From Schizosaccharomyces osmophilus (Eukaryota), in NCBI RefSeq assembly GCF_027921745.1, contig NC_079238.1, positions 3,720,001 to 3,784,000 on the forward strand: a DNA stretch of 64,000 bases, given 5' to 3'. Below, in pieces: positions 11,470 to 24,300 of the stretch. The notes below the pieces were generated by a model that saw nothing but the letters and a program-made list of their open reading frames with translations, searched no databases and was not told the DNA's origin. A program made the translations under genes and the position numbers. The number at the start of each line of letters is the position of its first letter. Position 1 is the stretch's first letter.

Positions 11470-14400
11470 ATGTCTTATGAGGATTGTAAGTGGAAAAAAA
11501 AGGGCTTAACTAACGGAGAATAGATCAATACAATGAGACATTGACTCAAGAAGATTGTTGGACGGTGATCTCGTCGTTTTTTGAGGAGACGTCGCTGGCT
11601 CGTCAGCAGTTGTTCTCTTTCGATGAATTTGTCCAAAATACTATGCAAGAGATTGTCGACGATGACTCTACATTGACTTTGGATCAATATGCTCAGCATA
11701 CAGGTGCTCAAGGCGATGTTACTCGTCGTTACGAAATTAATTTTGGACAAATTTATCTCTCGAGACCTACTATGACAGAAGCCGATGGCAGTACAACTAC
11801 TATGTTCCCACAAGAAGCTCGACTTCGTAATCTTACTTACTCTTCTCCTCTCTACGTGGATATGCGTAAAAAGGTCATGGTGGCTGCTGACTCAAACGTC
11901 CCTATTGGTGAGGAAGAATGGCTCGTTGAAGAAGAAGATGAAGACCCTTCAAAGGTTTTCATTGGAAAAATTCCTATTATGTTACGCTCTACCTTTTGTA
12001 TTTTGAATGGTGTTAGCGATGCCGAGCTTTATGATCTTAACGAATGCCCATACGATCAGGGTGGGTATTTCATTATTAATGGTTCAGAGAAGGTTATTAT
12101 TGCACAGGAACGGTCTGCTGCTAATATCGTTCAAGTTTTTCGTAAAGCTGCTCCTAGTCCAATTGCTCTTGTTGCCGAAATCCGGTCTGCTGTTGAACGG
12201 GGCAGTCGATTAATTTCTTCTATGCAAATTAAGTTAATGGCTCGAAATGCGGAAAATTCCGGTCAAACTATCCGAGCTACTTTACCGTATATTCGTAGTG
12301 ACATTCCTATCGTCATTGTCTTCCGTGCATTAGGTGTCGTGCCAGACCGTGATATCTTAGAACACATCTGTTATGATCCAAATGATTTGCAAATGCTGGA
12401 AATGATGAAACCATGCATTGAAGAGGCTTTTGTTATTCAAGACAAAGATATCGCATTAGATTTTATCGGTAAACGTGGTAGCACAACTGGTGTTACTCGA
12501 GAAAAACGTCTTCGTTATGCTCATGATATTCTGCAGAAGGAATTATTACCCCATATTACTACCATGGAAGGTTTTGAAACTAGAAAAGCATTCTTTTTGG
12601 GTTATATGATTAATCGTATGCTTCTTTGTGCGCTGGAACGCCGTGAGCCTGACGATCGTGATCATTTTGGAAGAAAGCGTTTAGATCTTGCTGGTCCTTT
12701 GCTAGCATCTTTGTTTAGAATGCTCTTTAGAAAAATGACTCGTGATGTTTATAAGTACATGCAGAAATGTGTCGAAACCAACCGCGAGTTTAATCTTACT
12801 TTGGCTGTGAAATCCAATACAATAACTAACGGTTTACGTTATTCTTTAGCAACCGGTAACTGGGGTGATCAAAAGAGAAGCATGATGAACAGAGTCGGTG
12901 TTTCACAAGTCCTTAATAGATATACATTTGCCTCTACCCTATCTCATTTGCGTCGAACCAACACTCCTATTGGGAGAGATGGTAAACTTGCAAAACCCCG
13001 TCAACTTCACAATACCCATTGGGGTATGGTTTGTCCAGCTGAAACACCAGAGGGACAAGCATGCGGCTTGGTAAAGAATTTGGCACTTATGAGTTACGTT
13101 TCAGTCGGTTCACCGGCTGCACCTATCATTGAATTTTTGGAAGAATGGGGTTTGGAAAGCTTAGAAGACTATAATCCTTCGGCATCTCCGAATGCTACTA
13201 AAGTGTTTGTTAACGGTGTTTGGTTGGGTGTGCATCGTGACCCTGCTCACTTGACAGACACTTTGAGAAGTTTGCGTCGGCGTCTAGATATTTCAGCGGA
13301 AGTTAGCATTGTTCGAGATATTAGGGAAAAGGAGCTTCGGCTGTTTACTGATGCTGGCCGTATTTGTCGTCCATTATTTATTGTCGATAACGATCCTAAT
13401 AGCGAAACCAGAGGAGAACTCTCTATCCGTAAAGAACACGTTCAGCAATTAATTGAGGATCGTGACCGTTTCGATATTGATCCAGAACAAAAATTTGGCT
13501 GGACTGCTTTGGTTTCAAGTGGATTGATTGAATATTTGGATGCCGAAGAAGAGGAAACAGTAATGATTGCTATGACTCCGGAAGACCTTGAAGCTTCTCG
13601 CCAAATGAATGCAGGCTACGAAGTAAAAGAAGAATTAGATCCGGCTCAAAGAGTAAAACCTGCTCCTAATCCCCACGTGCATACTTATACCCATTGCGAA
13701 ATTCATCCGGCGATGATCCTTGGTATTCTAGCAAGCATCATTCCTTTCCCAGACCACAATCAGTCGCCTCGTAATACTTACCAGTCAGCAATGGGTAAGC
13801 AAGCTATGGGTGTTTACTTGACCAATTACCAAGTTAGAATGGATACAATGGCAAACATTTTGTATTATCCTCAAAAGCCATTGGCAACAACTCGATCTAT
13901 GGAATATCTTAAATTCCGAGAGCTACCTGCTGGTCAGAATGCTATCGTTGCCATTTTGTGTTACAGTGGTTATAATCAAGAAGATTCTATCATTATGAAC
14001 CAAGCTAGTATTGATCGTGGTTTATTCCGCAGTATCTTTTACCGAACCTATACAGATCAAGAAAAGAAAATTGGTATGACTGTCATGGAAGAGTTTGAAC
14101 GTCCCGCTAGATCTACCACTCTTCGAATGAAGCATGGTACTTATGACAAACTTGAAGATGACGGTCTAATCGCTCCTGGAACTCGTGTATCAGGAGATGA
14201 TATAATTATCGGAAAAACAGCACCAATACCCGTGGACAATGAAGAAATGGGGCAACGAACTCAGTTGCATGCTAAACGTGATGTTTCAACTCCACTTCGT
14301 AGTACTGAAAGTGGTATTGTAGATCAAGTATTGGTAACTACAAATCAAGAAGGTCTCAAATTCGTCAAGGTCAGAATGCGCAGTACCAGAGTTCCTCAAA

Positions 14401-15143
14401 TTGGTGATAAGTTTGCTTCTCGACACGGTCAGAAAGGTACAATTGGTATGACTTATAGACATGAAGATATGCCTTTCTCAGCACAAGGTGTTGTGCCTGA
14501 TGTCATCATTAATCCTCATGCTATTCCATCTCGAATGACGGTTGCACATTTAATCGAATGTCAACTAAGCAAAGTATCTGCCTTGTCAGGTTTTGAAGGT
14601 GATGCTACACCTTTTACTGATGTTACTGTAGAAGCGGTTTCAAAACTTCTGCGTTCTCATGGCTTTCAGTCTCGTGGTTTTGAAGTTATGTATCATGGCC
14701 ATACCGGAAGAAAGCTAGTCTCGCAAGTATTCCTCGGCCCAACGTATTACCAACGTTTAAAGCATTTGGTGGATGATAAAATTCACGCTCGTGCTAGAGG
14801 ACCAGTGCAGATTTTAACCCGACAACCAGTTGAAGGACGTTCCCGAGATGGTGGTTTACGTTTCGGTGAAATGGAACGAGATTGTCAAATTTCCCATGGA
14901 TGCAGTAGTGTTATGCGAGAGCGTTTGTTTGACTGTTCAGATGCTTATAGAGTCGTGGCCTGCGATTTATGTGGCTTGGTAGCTATTGCAAGTTATAAAA
15001 AGAACTCTTATGAATGCCGTTCTTGTCAAAATCGCACGAGATTTAGTCAAATCTATCTTCCTTATGCCGCTAAGCTACTTTTCCAAGAATTGATGTCTAT
15101 GAATATTGCTCCTCGCCTATTTACTAAAAATCACAAAATTTAA
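11470..15143 (+). CDS. rpb2: RNA polymerase II second-largest subunit; exons 11470-11485 and 11524-15143
   Basis: Intron GTAAGT..CTAAC..TAG at 11486-11523 restores [16 protein letters not shown] (1210 aa). Conserved [12 protein letters not shown] and [11 protein letters not shown]. Confidence 0.98.
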
Positions 15144-15305
15144 AGCTACTTATTTTAAGATATCATATCTGTACATTTAAAATGCAAGTTACTAATTAAA
15201 TAAATATTGCTACGTCTTTTAGCACGCTATTCTTGTCCTTGTTTAGCCAAAGTGTTTAACCATAAATTAATATTATCATTGGTTCTTCGTTAATTACAAT
15301 ACAAT

Positions 15306-18300
15306 TTAGAAACCATCTAACGCTGTAAGAAAATCTGTAACAAATCTTTCCGAATTGCTCTCCGACAATATGGAGGAATGGGTAAATATTCCCAAATCCA
15401 ACCTTCCGTTGCGAACAGCCAATTCGAAATCCAACTTAGGCGCAGGATTATTTAAAACGTCGCATCCATCTATAGTGCTACTGACGATCTTGCGCGATTT
15501 ATCACAACGTGGCTTCGTCTTCAATTCATAAGGAGTGAATATACTCGAATCCATAGCTTCAGCGCCGGAAAAAAAGTTGATTGTTATGTCAACCAGTCCA
15601 GGTTTAGGATGGTCCTTGACGCTCAACTGCTGTAAAACACCAGACGTCTGAATAATGAAACTTTGAATATCTTTTACAAGCGTTGAAATAGATTTGTTAC
15701 CCATATTGACATTCAAAGGTATGACATTGAAAAGCGGGTACAACACGGATTCTGCATTCGCAATATTCAAGGACCTTCCAGATACATATACACCAAATGT
15801 CAAGTCGTATTGTTTAGTCCAATTATTTAAGACGCACGCAAAAGCCGTAAACGCCATGCTCTGTAAACTAACGTTCATAGACTGGGCTTTCTTTAAAAGA
15901 GAATTAGCGTCAAACACACTAGGAAGATATAAAGATATATCTTTGTTACACGAATCACCTAGTACTTTTGGCAAACCACAAGGTTGGCAATCCGCCAGGT
16001 GATTGCTCCAAAAGCTCTTTGCAGAGTCAATGGCTTTCGAGTTATACAATTTGGATACGATTGATTTGGAAGAATTTTCATCAATCGGTTCCAAATTTGG
16101 ATTATCATATAATTGAGATAAACGCTGGAGTAAAATATTAATACTCCAGCCATCGTATAATGCATGGTGAATACTTATACTTAATAATAACTTTCCTTCA
16201 ATGGCAATAGATCTGATTCGCAACGGCGTCTCATGAAGCGTAGTATTTAAGGACATTTCCTCTTCAGCAATCGCTAAAGATGTTGCTTCAATATCTTTCT
16301 CTGTTTCTGTTTGATGTTGCCAAGGTGCGTTGCCTTGGCGCGTCAAAACCTGCAATATCTCGAAATCTCTATCGGTTGACTTCACAAATGTCGTTCGAAG
16401 AACGTCCGAGCTTTTCACGAGTTTTTGCCATGCGGCCTTGAGTCGTTCTATATCCAACATCCTATTACTTAAATAAAAGAAGGTTGTGAAATACTTCAGT
16501 TTATTCGTATTATTCCATGCGCTCAAAGCATATAATTGACCAGGAGAGCAAGGGAAGACATCAGCGATATTGGTTTTCTTAATTGACGAATCTTCCGGAA
16601 TAGCATTTAGTAAGTTGCCAAATTCCGCTACGTTGTCATCACCAGTAAAATCCTCCAACTCAAACAGAATGTAATGAGCCAGGAATTCGATTGAAGGGTT
16701 CTGAAGTATATTTGGAACAGTTACTGGAACCCCACTGTTTCTCAACAATGAACTAAATTTAATCGCATGCACCGAATCCAATCCTAGTTCCATAAATGTC
16801 ACTGAACGATTTATTAGATGACTAGGAATATTAAGTGACGAAGATAAATTTTGTATCAGAACTGATTCAAGTCGTGCATCGTGAAGTTCTAAAATGCCCT
16901 TTAATTGATGAATATCTTCGCTAGAAAAAGAATTAAACAATTCAAGAAGCTCAGCATGCACCTTTTCTTCTGGTAACTCCGAGATGCCTGTCACAGGTAT
17001 TAAGAAGTCTGGCATTAGGAAAAGTGGTAGCTTCGTTCGACATTTCTTTGCTAATCTCTTTAGAGATCTCTTTGTACAATCAGTTAAAAGCAAAGAAACT
17101 TGATTACAGGCTTCACCAAAAGGAACGAACAGTAAAGACTTTTGATTGTCAACCAAAACAAGTCGCGATTCTGAATTTAAAGAGTCAGCACCTAACAAAG
17201 CTTCTTTATAATCGGTATATCTTATTTTGTAACCGCGGAAAAAAAGTACATCTGAAGGCTCAGTCGTATTTGCGGCTAATTTTCCGTTTACGATATGACT
17301 CAAAATTAAATCAACCTGATTAACCATATCTTCAGCTCCTTGAAACGGAACAAAGGAAGTATCTACTGAGGCAAACCATTCCAGCTGGGACTCAGTGTTT
17401 GAAAATTCCATTGCAATAGGATAATTGATACCGGTCGATTCATCAACGGATTTTATTACATTATTACCGTCGTCCTGTTTTGGTAAACGTTGATGTACGA
17501 GGATACTTTCCACAGGTAAATTCTGAAGAAGTGGGTATTTTGAGTGAATTATTGAAAGTGGAGTATGCTGCTGATTCCAAAGTTCAATCAATTCACGCGT
17601 AAGTTTTTTCAACACCTTCTTCTGATCTCCAGTCTTGATCCTAACCGGTATAGTATTCATGCAGGGTCCTAGAATGTTATCGGCACCTTCAAATTTAGTT
17701 CTTCCTGAAAAAACCGTATGAAATATAATATCTGAAGAATGATATAGGCGAGATAAGTAGATTCCCCAAGCATAAAAAATCAGAGACTGAATACTTACCC
17801 CATATACCTTAGAAGCACTTAACAATTTTGAGTAAGTAACTGAAGAATAAGCCCCCCAAGTATGCCTTCCTTCATTTCCCAGTCGTCGCAAAGGTCTAAC
17901 AACGTTCAAGTCCTTCAAATAAGTAGACCAAAATTCTAAGTCAAAACTTATATTATTGACTTGCTTAACGAATTGGCTGAAAGGCCTGCGTGTTGGGACA
18001 TTTTGGTAATTATAACGACATAGCAGCTCATCGTACATTAGGGACAAACTCCAACCGTCATATAAAGCATGATGCATTTCAACAAACATGTAAAGATTGT
18101 CCTTGACATTAAAAAAAGTAACCCTGTAAGGGCAAGTTTCAAATGGACTGGGAAAATTACGTTTCGCTTTGAGAGACTCCTTCGCAACCTTTAGTTCATC
18201 AAAATAGAAATCTTCCCTGACAATGTGAGAGTTATAGTCAAAATCAGAAACATTTTCAACTACTTGTACCACCGTTAGGGTATTACCTACGTCTGTAAGC

Positions 18301-21300
18301 TTGAAATTTGTTCTCAAGATTGGATTGTAATGGATCATTGCAATCCATGCTTCTTTAAGACGCTCAATATCAATGCAAGAATCGACTTGGAATATGGCAT
18401 CATTCTGGTAAAGAGAAGAGTCATTTAAAGTCTCCACCAACAATCCCCTTTGTAAATGAGTAGTCATATAACAGTCTTCATAATCCTCGGTGTTAAATAA
18501 AGTTTTTATCCCATCCGCTAAGCTATTCTTTCTCATGTCAATCTCCAATGACTGTTCATTAGCTGTTGTGTTTTCATTCATCAACTTCAGCATATGAAAC
18601 AAACTAGGGTCAGTCATAAACTGGCTCAAATCAATTTTAGATAATCCTGCGCTTGAAAACTTCGATGAGAGCCAAATCAAATCAATACTGTCAATACCCA
18701 GCTCGTATATGTATGTATTCTTTTCAAATTCTTCGACGGAGACTTTGACCTTCTCCGACATTATATCAATTAATACTTGCAATACTGAATTCCAATGTTC
18801 AGGAATCTTGTGCTTAATTAAGGCGTTTTCATTTAAACAGGAAGCTTCCTGGGGTTCAAAAGTCATTTTCGGTGCGTTTATGACTTGCAGAAAATATTCT
18901 TCAAACATAGACAGAAGGGACGAAGTTTCAAGGCTTTCCACATATTTATAAGAAGTTGCTAAATTGATTATTAACGTGTCATCTTTCGATTTTTCGACTT
19001 CGAACGCCAACGGAAATTCAGTGCCGGTGCTTTTTATTTCCATATCCCAATTAGTACTTTGATCGAAAGGATTGTTCTCATGCTGTGTGTAAACAAATAA
19101 AACATTGAAGAGATCCTTAACTTGAAGAGACTTCTTTAATTCTCTAAGAGGTGTATGGTGAAAGGGAAGCATAGAAGACAGAACAGACTGTGTTGAACTG
19201 ACGAGCTCTTGGAAGGACGATTCGTTATCTACGAAAAATGGGAAGGGCAGGGTATTAAACATTGGGCCGATTACATCCAAATGATTTATTTGATTTGAGC
19301 GGCCAGAAACGACAGTTCCGACGGTCTGAACAAGAAAATGACTATTAAGAAAACATAGCCAAGCTGTAAGGAAAAGACTTGATAAAGATGTTTTGAAAGA
19401 CGATCTGCAGATGTTTTGCAATTTTAGGTATGAAAGAGATAAGGTACGCGAAAAAACCATTGATTCGGGTAATTCATCACTGAACTGAGGAAGTTGACTA
19501 ACCCTCTTCCTAAAGAGCTTTGACCAGAACGAAGTATAATCCAAATTAGAGCTTTGCTTCAGAACTTCAAGGACAGCCAACGAATATAAAGGACGTTCAG
19601 GCAACTCGCAATTTTGGCTAAATTTAGCAAGGTCGTTCCAAATAAGGTCTAAAGACCATCCGTCATAAATCCCATGAAACATTTCTAAAGAGACATGATG
19701 TATTCCGTTCGTATAATCGATGAATATCTTTATAGGAGAAATACAGTTTGTTATGTTAAGATGACCAACCGTATCGAGTACTTCTGATTTCCAGATTATC
19801 TGAAAGTAACCGTTTTCGGACTTAATAAAAGCAGACCTAAGAACCTCGTACTTCTTCGTAACAAATATTAGAGCATTTTCGAACGCTTTTGCTTGTTCTT
19901 TGCTACGAAACTTAAACGTAAAAGTATTAAAGTATAAACTTCTCCGACCTCTTTCCAGTTCAAATAATAAACCTTCAACAAGTGGTAGACAGGGAATAAC
20001 ACTTTCAGCGAGATCAGCATGTTCAAAGCTTTGATAGAACTTAGTTTTAACAGGAATATCGCTGACTTTTTTGTTGGAGAAGTTACCAATTAGGGCTTTA
20101 CTAATCTTCGATATGCTAACCGCGTTCAACAATTGGGCTGGAGAAGCCGAAAGATACCCATTCTCTCTCAACATAGCTGCGAGCGAAACAGCGGATATAG
20201 AGTCTATTCCAAGCTCAAAAATTGATGTAGAAGCCTTAAAATCTGATATACTCAAGTTCAAAAACTTAGCAATTATTTGCAAGACCTTAGGATCGCAAGT
20301 TTCTTCCTCCAAATTTTGGGTCTTCTTGTTTTGATACAGTCTGGATAGTTGATTCTGAGTAAGTTTTTGAAATTCTCCCACTACCTTCTTTTTGTCAAAC
20401 TTATTAGTAGGCGTAAGAGGAACCCAATTAATTGGAACAAGGAATGTAGGAACCATGTATGTAGCAAGGTGAGACTTGCAATATTCGTCCGCAACTTGAA
20501 TAGTTTCCATAGAGTTCTCATCCAAATCAAATAAGGAAACATTGTTATTGCTTCCTACATGAATAAATGAAACTAATTGAGTCTTATGGAGAGCGTGATG
20601 ATCCAAAGCAAAAGTAAAGGCATCCAAAACTTTTTCAGAAGAAGCTTTTAGTACAGAGTTAATCTCTCCTATTTCTATTCTCTGGCCTCGCAGCTTTATC
20701 TGGTCATCGGCTCGTCCACCGAATTCCAATGAGCCATCACTCAATAAACGACCCAAATCACCAGTATAATATACCCTGTCGTTAAATTGGTGGTACAAAC
20801 GGAATTTCTCTTCAGTTTGCTTTGGCAGATTCAAATATCCTTTAGCCACTTGATTACCGCCCATGCAGATTTCACCGATGGCACCTAATAAGACTGGCAA
20901 ATTAGTTTTCTGCGAAATAATGTAAGTACTACAATTAGCGAAAGGTGGTCCAATATTTGAAGTTCGAGCATTTTTGGGTAACTCGCGGTAAGCACTGGCT
21001 CCGATCGTCAGCTCAGTGGGTCCCCAAAAGTTATAAAGTACTCCCGTATCTCCCCATATTTCCATAACCTCCTGTCTAATTTGCTCACCACCGGTAATGA
21101 AAACTTGGAGATAAGGAGCATTGCCAGGATTTAGAATTGACGCTAACGAAGGTGTTAAATCAATATGAGTAATTCGAAGAACGCGAACAGCAGTTGGAAT
21201 ATCCTGTAGGATTAAATTTTTGGGAGCTGCTACAAGACAAGTACCAGTACTCCAACTAAAGTATTGCTCAAGGACGCTTACATCAAAATGCAGAGACGCG

Positions 21301-24300
21301 AATGAAAGGAATCGTGAGTCAGAATTCCACTTTCCTAAGAATTGTTGCTGAAAGGCCATCATAGTTTGAACCACATTTTTATGCGTTAAACAACATCCTT
21401 TAGGTTTTCCAGTACTTCCTGAAGTATATAGAACATAAGCCAAATTTGATTCGTCTAAATCTTCAATAGTTAAGTTTTCACTATCAGAGTCGTAAATTCC
21501 ATGATCACTGGCATTGAGTATGTTGACAGATATATTTGCGGACCGAAGTTTTTCTAATTGATCTTTGGATGAAATGATAAGACCAGAAGAGGAGTCGTCA
21601 ACGATAAATTTAATACGTTCTAGCGGAGCCGTCACATCGAGAGCTAAGAAACAGCAGCCTGCTTTAAGGATTGCCAATATAGCAATAAAGGCCTCAATAC
21701 ATTTATCGAAGTAGATGGAAATTATAGTTCCGGTGTTACAACCATACCTTTTCAAGGTACGCGCAAGTTGATTAGCTTTGCAATTAAACTCCTGGTAAGT
21801 AAATTTCGTTGACATGTATTCATTTATATGGATCTGATTGGCAAACTCCAGGGCAAGGCTTGAAGGCAATTTGCGAGCATAATATTCAACAAATTCGTGT
21901 AAAAATTTAACTTCACATGGATAATCCTGAACTTCGGCAGGTACGACGGAAAGAAGGGTAGTAGGTAAAAATCTTTCAAGTGTCCCAATATCTTCATCTA
22001 AATGGCTTACCATCAAGTTCAGCAGCCAATCGAATTGCTGGACTATTAGTTGTGCATGTTGCTTAGGAATACTTCTGTCAAGCGAGTTTAAAACAATTTC
22101 AGAGCTTGAAGACAATACTCGTAACTCAATAGCAAGAGTGTTTTCCAGAAAAGACTGACTTTCGATTTCATCTGAAAAGATTTCTAAAGGTGTATCTGTA
22201 TCGTCTTCGACTTGCACAGACAAAAGTGAGTCAAAATACGTTTCATTACCACCCAAATTAAGCCATCTTTTAATTTGAGATATTGGTGTGTATTGATATT
22301 TTAGAAATCCCTTATTTCTTTCTTGAATGTCTTTTAAGAGGTCACCAACGCTACCAGAGACGTTTACCGAATAGGGTATGGTTGTTAATGTAGGAAATAT
22401 AGCATCGTTTTCATCCTCCATGAGCGTTTGCCCAGAGAGGATCAAACCGAAAGTAATACAATCCTCAGAGCAGTAAGAGCTTAAAAGCTTGGCCCAAGCA
22501 AGTTGAGCCAACGCCTGAATACTTATATTAAGCTTCCCGCATATTTCTCTAAACTTAAAAATATCAAATGAGGACGGTTTAGAGGTGATGGACCTAGCAT
22601 CACCTGTATGGCGATTAGTGCACAGATTAGGAAATAACGTTGGAGCAAAACCTTCTAATTGCTTTATCCAATATTCCTTGCTTTCAATTGAACGTTGTTT
22701 GTACGCAAGAATTTTTTTAGTGATTATTTCGTGAGAAGAAAGTTCAACTTCTGCTTCCAAAGCATTCTCCACAATTCTCAAAGTATGATTCAAAGATCGC
22801 TCGTCGAAGATAGCATGATGCATAACCAAGATAAAGTAGTGTACATTTTCATTTGTCCTAATAAAAGACAAGGAATAAGGGATACTAGTAGTATCCGATA
22901 ATAATGCCTGTTTTAAATTCCCAACAGCTGTTGACACAGCATCCTCAACCCCAATGGTTTGCTCTCTTAAGAGCCATGGAGGGTTTATATTTTCAAGGGT
23001 AACTTGGGCAAACGGACTTCGTGGGTTATTGATAGATACGAAGTATGTGCGTAACATCGAAATCTTCTTAATGGCTATTTCCCATCGCTTGGAAAAGTCC
23101 CCAAAGATAACATGATCCTTCATTCGATATACGAAATAATTCAAATTCGTTTTCCCTCCACTTGAATGAAATTGGCTTAGCAACGAATTTTGAGAATCAA
23201 CACACGGTAATACACAGTCAATATTAGGAAGATTAGGTAGATGAGGCTTCGTACTCTCTTTGATATCAGCTAAAAATTTGTCAATCATTTCATCACATTC
23301 CACCGGCGGTTGGCTTTCGATGCTTTTTTGTAGCTTCTGGGATAAATCAAAGAGTGTATTACATTCCAAAAGATCTAAAGCAGAAATTTTAGCCTGATAG
23401 CGATTCCGCATAGTCCTTGAAAGCTGAATTGCGCTTAAGGAATCAAGTCCAAGTGAGGAAATTTCCGACTCTAATTTAATAGCCTCCAAAGGAAGTTTAA
23501 AAAAGTTTGAAATCAAAGATGAAACATCATCAACAAAGGAAGATACATTGCTTTTTTGAAGTAAATCCAAAATACTGAATTCATGAATGAATTGACCTTT
23601 CTCATATTTTTCCATCAAAGATGCTTCATCAACTTTTTCGTCAGTATCTAAAGGCATATCCCCAATCAGTACCAAAACATTTGGCGATTGTTTAGACAGA
23701 TAAATTAGCTGACTCTTCAAATCTTCAAGTTTTTCCACGCCCATATCAACTAATAAAAAGGCAATTGAAGAATCCATGGGTTTATCAAGAACAACGCGAT
23801 GTACCTGTCTCACCTCCGGAACTTTCTGAAGAATAAGGTCTTCCCAATTATTGCTGTCGGTTTCTTTCGTTAGTCCTTCAAGCTGGAATGTAGAGTCAGG
23901 CAACAACCGCGCGACGGAATCAGTATAGATATTTAAGGATCCACTAGATACTTCAACAGATTTGTTTTGATCAAGAATACCAAGCAATTCCGCGTTTACA
24001 GCTAAGAGAAGTTGACCGAATCCACATTTTGGAATTATAGTTTTAGCGCTGGGATGCACGATCAGACCTTTGAAGCACCCAATCAGTTTACCAAGTATAT
24101 CCCGAGTTTTATTTGAGAAATGTGTATTTAGAAAACATGGAAAGTTCATATTCTTCATTAAATGAACCCTAACATGTCTTCCATTCCAATATTCCAGTAT
24201 TTTAGATGATAGTTTACCTCCGTACGATATTAATAATTTGACGGACTGAGTCACATCCTTGTTCAGTTTTGACACTAATGCAGAGTTGACATTAAGATGT

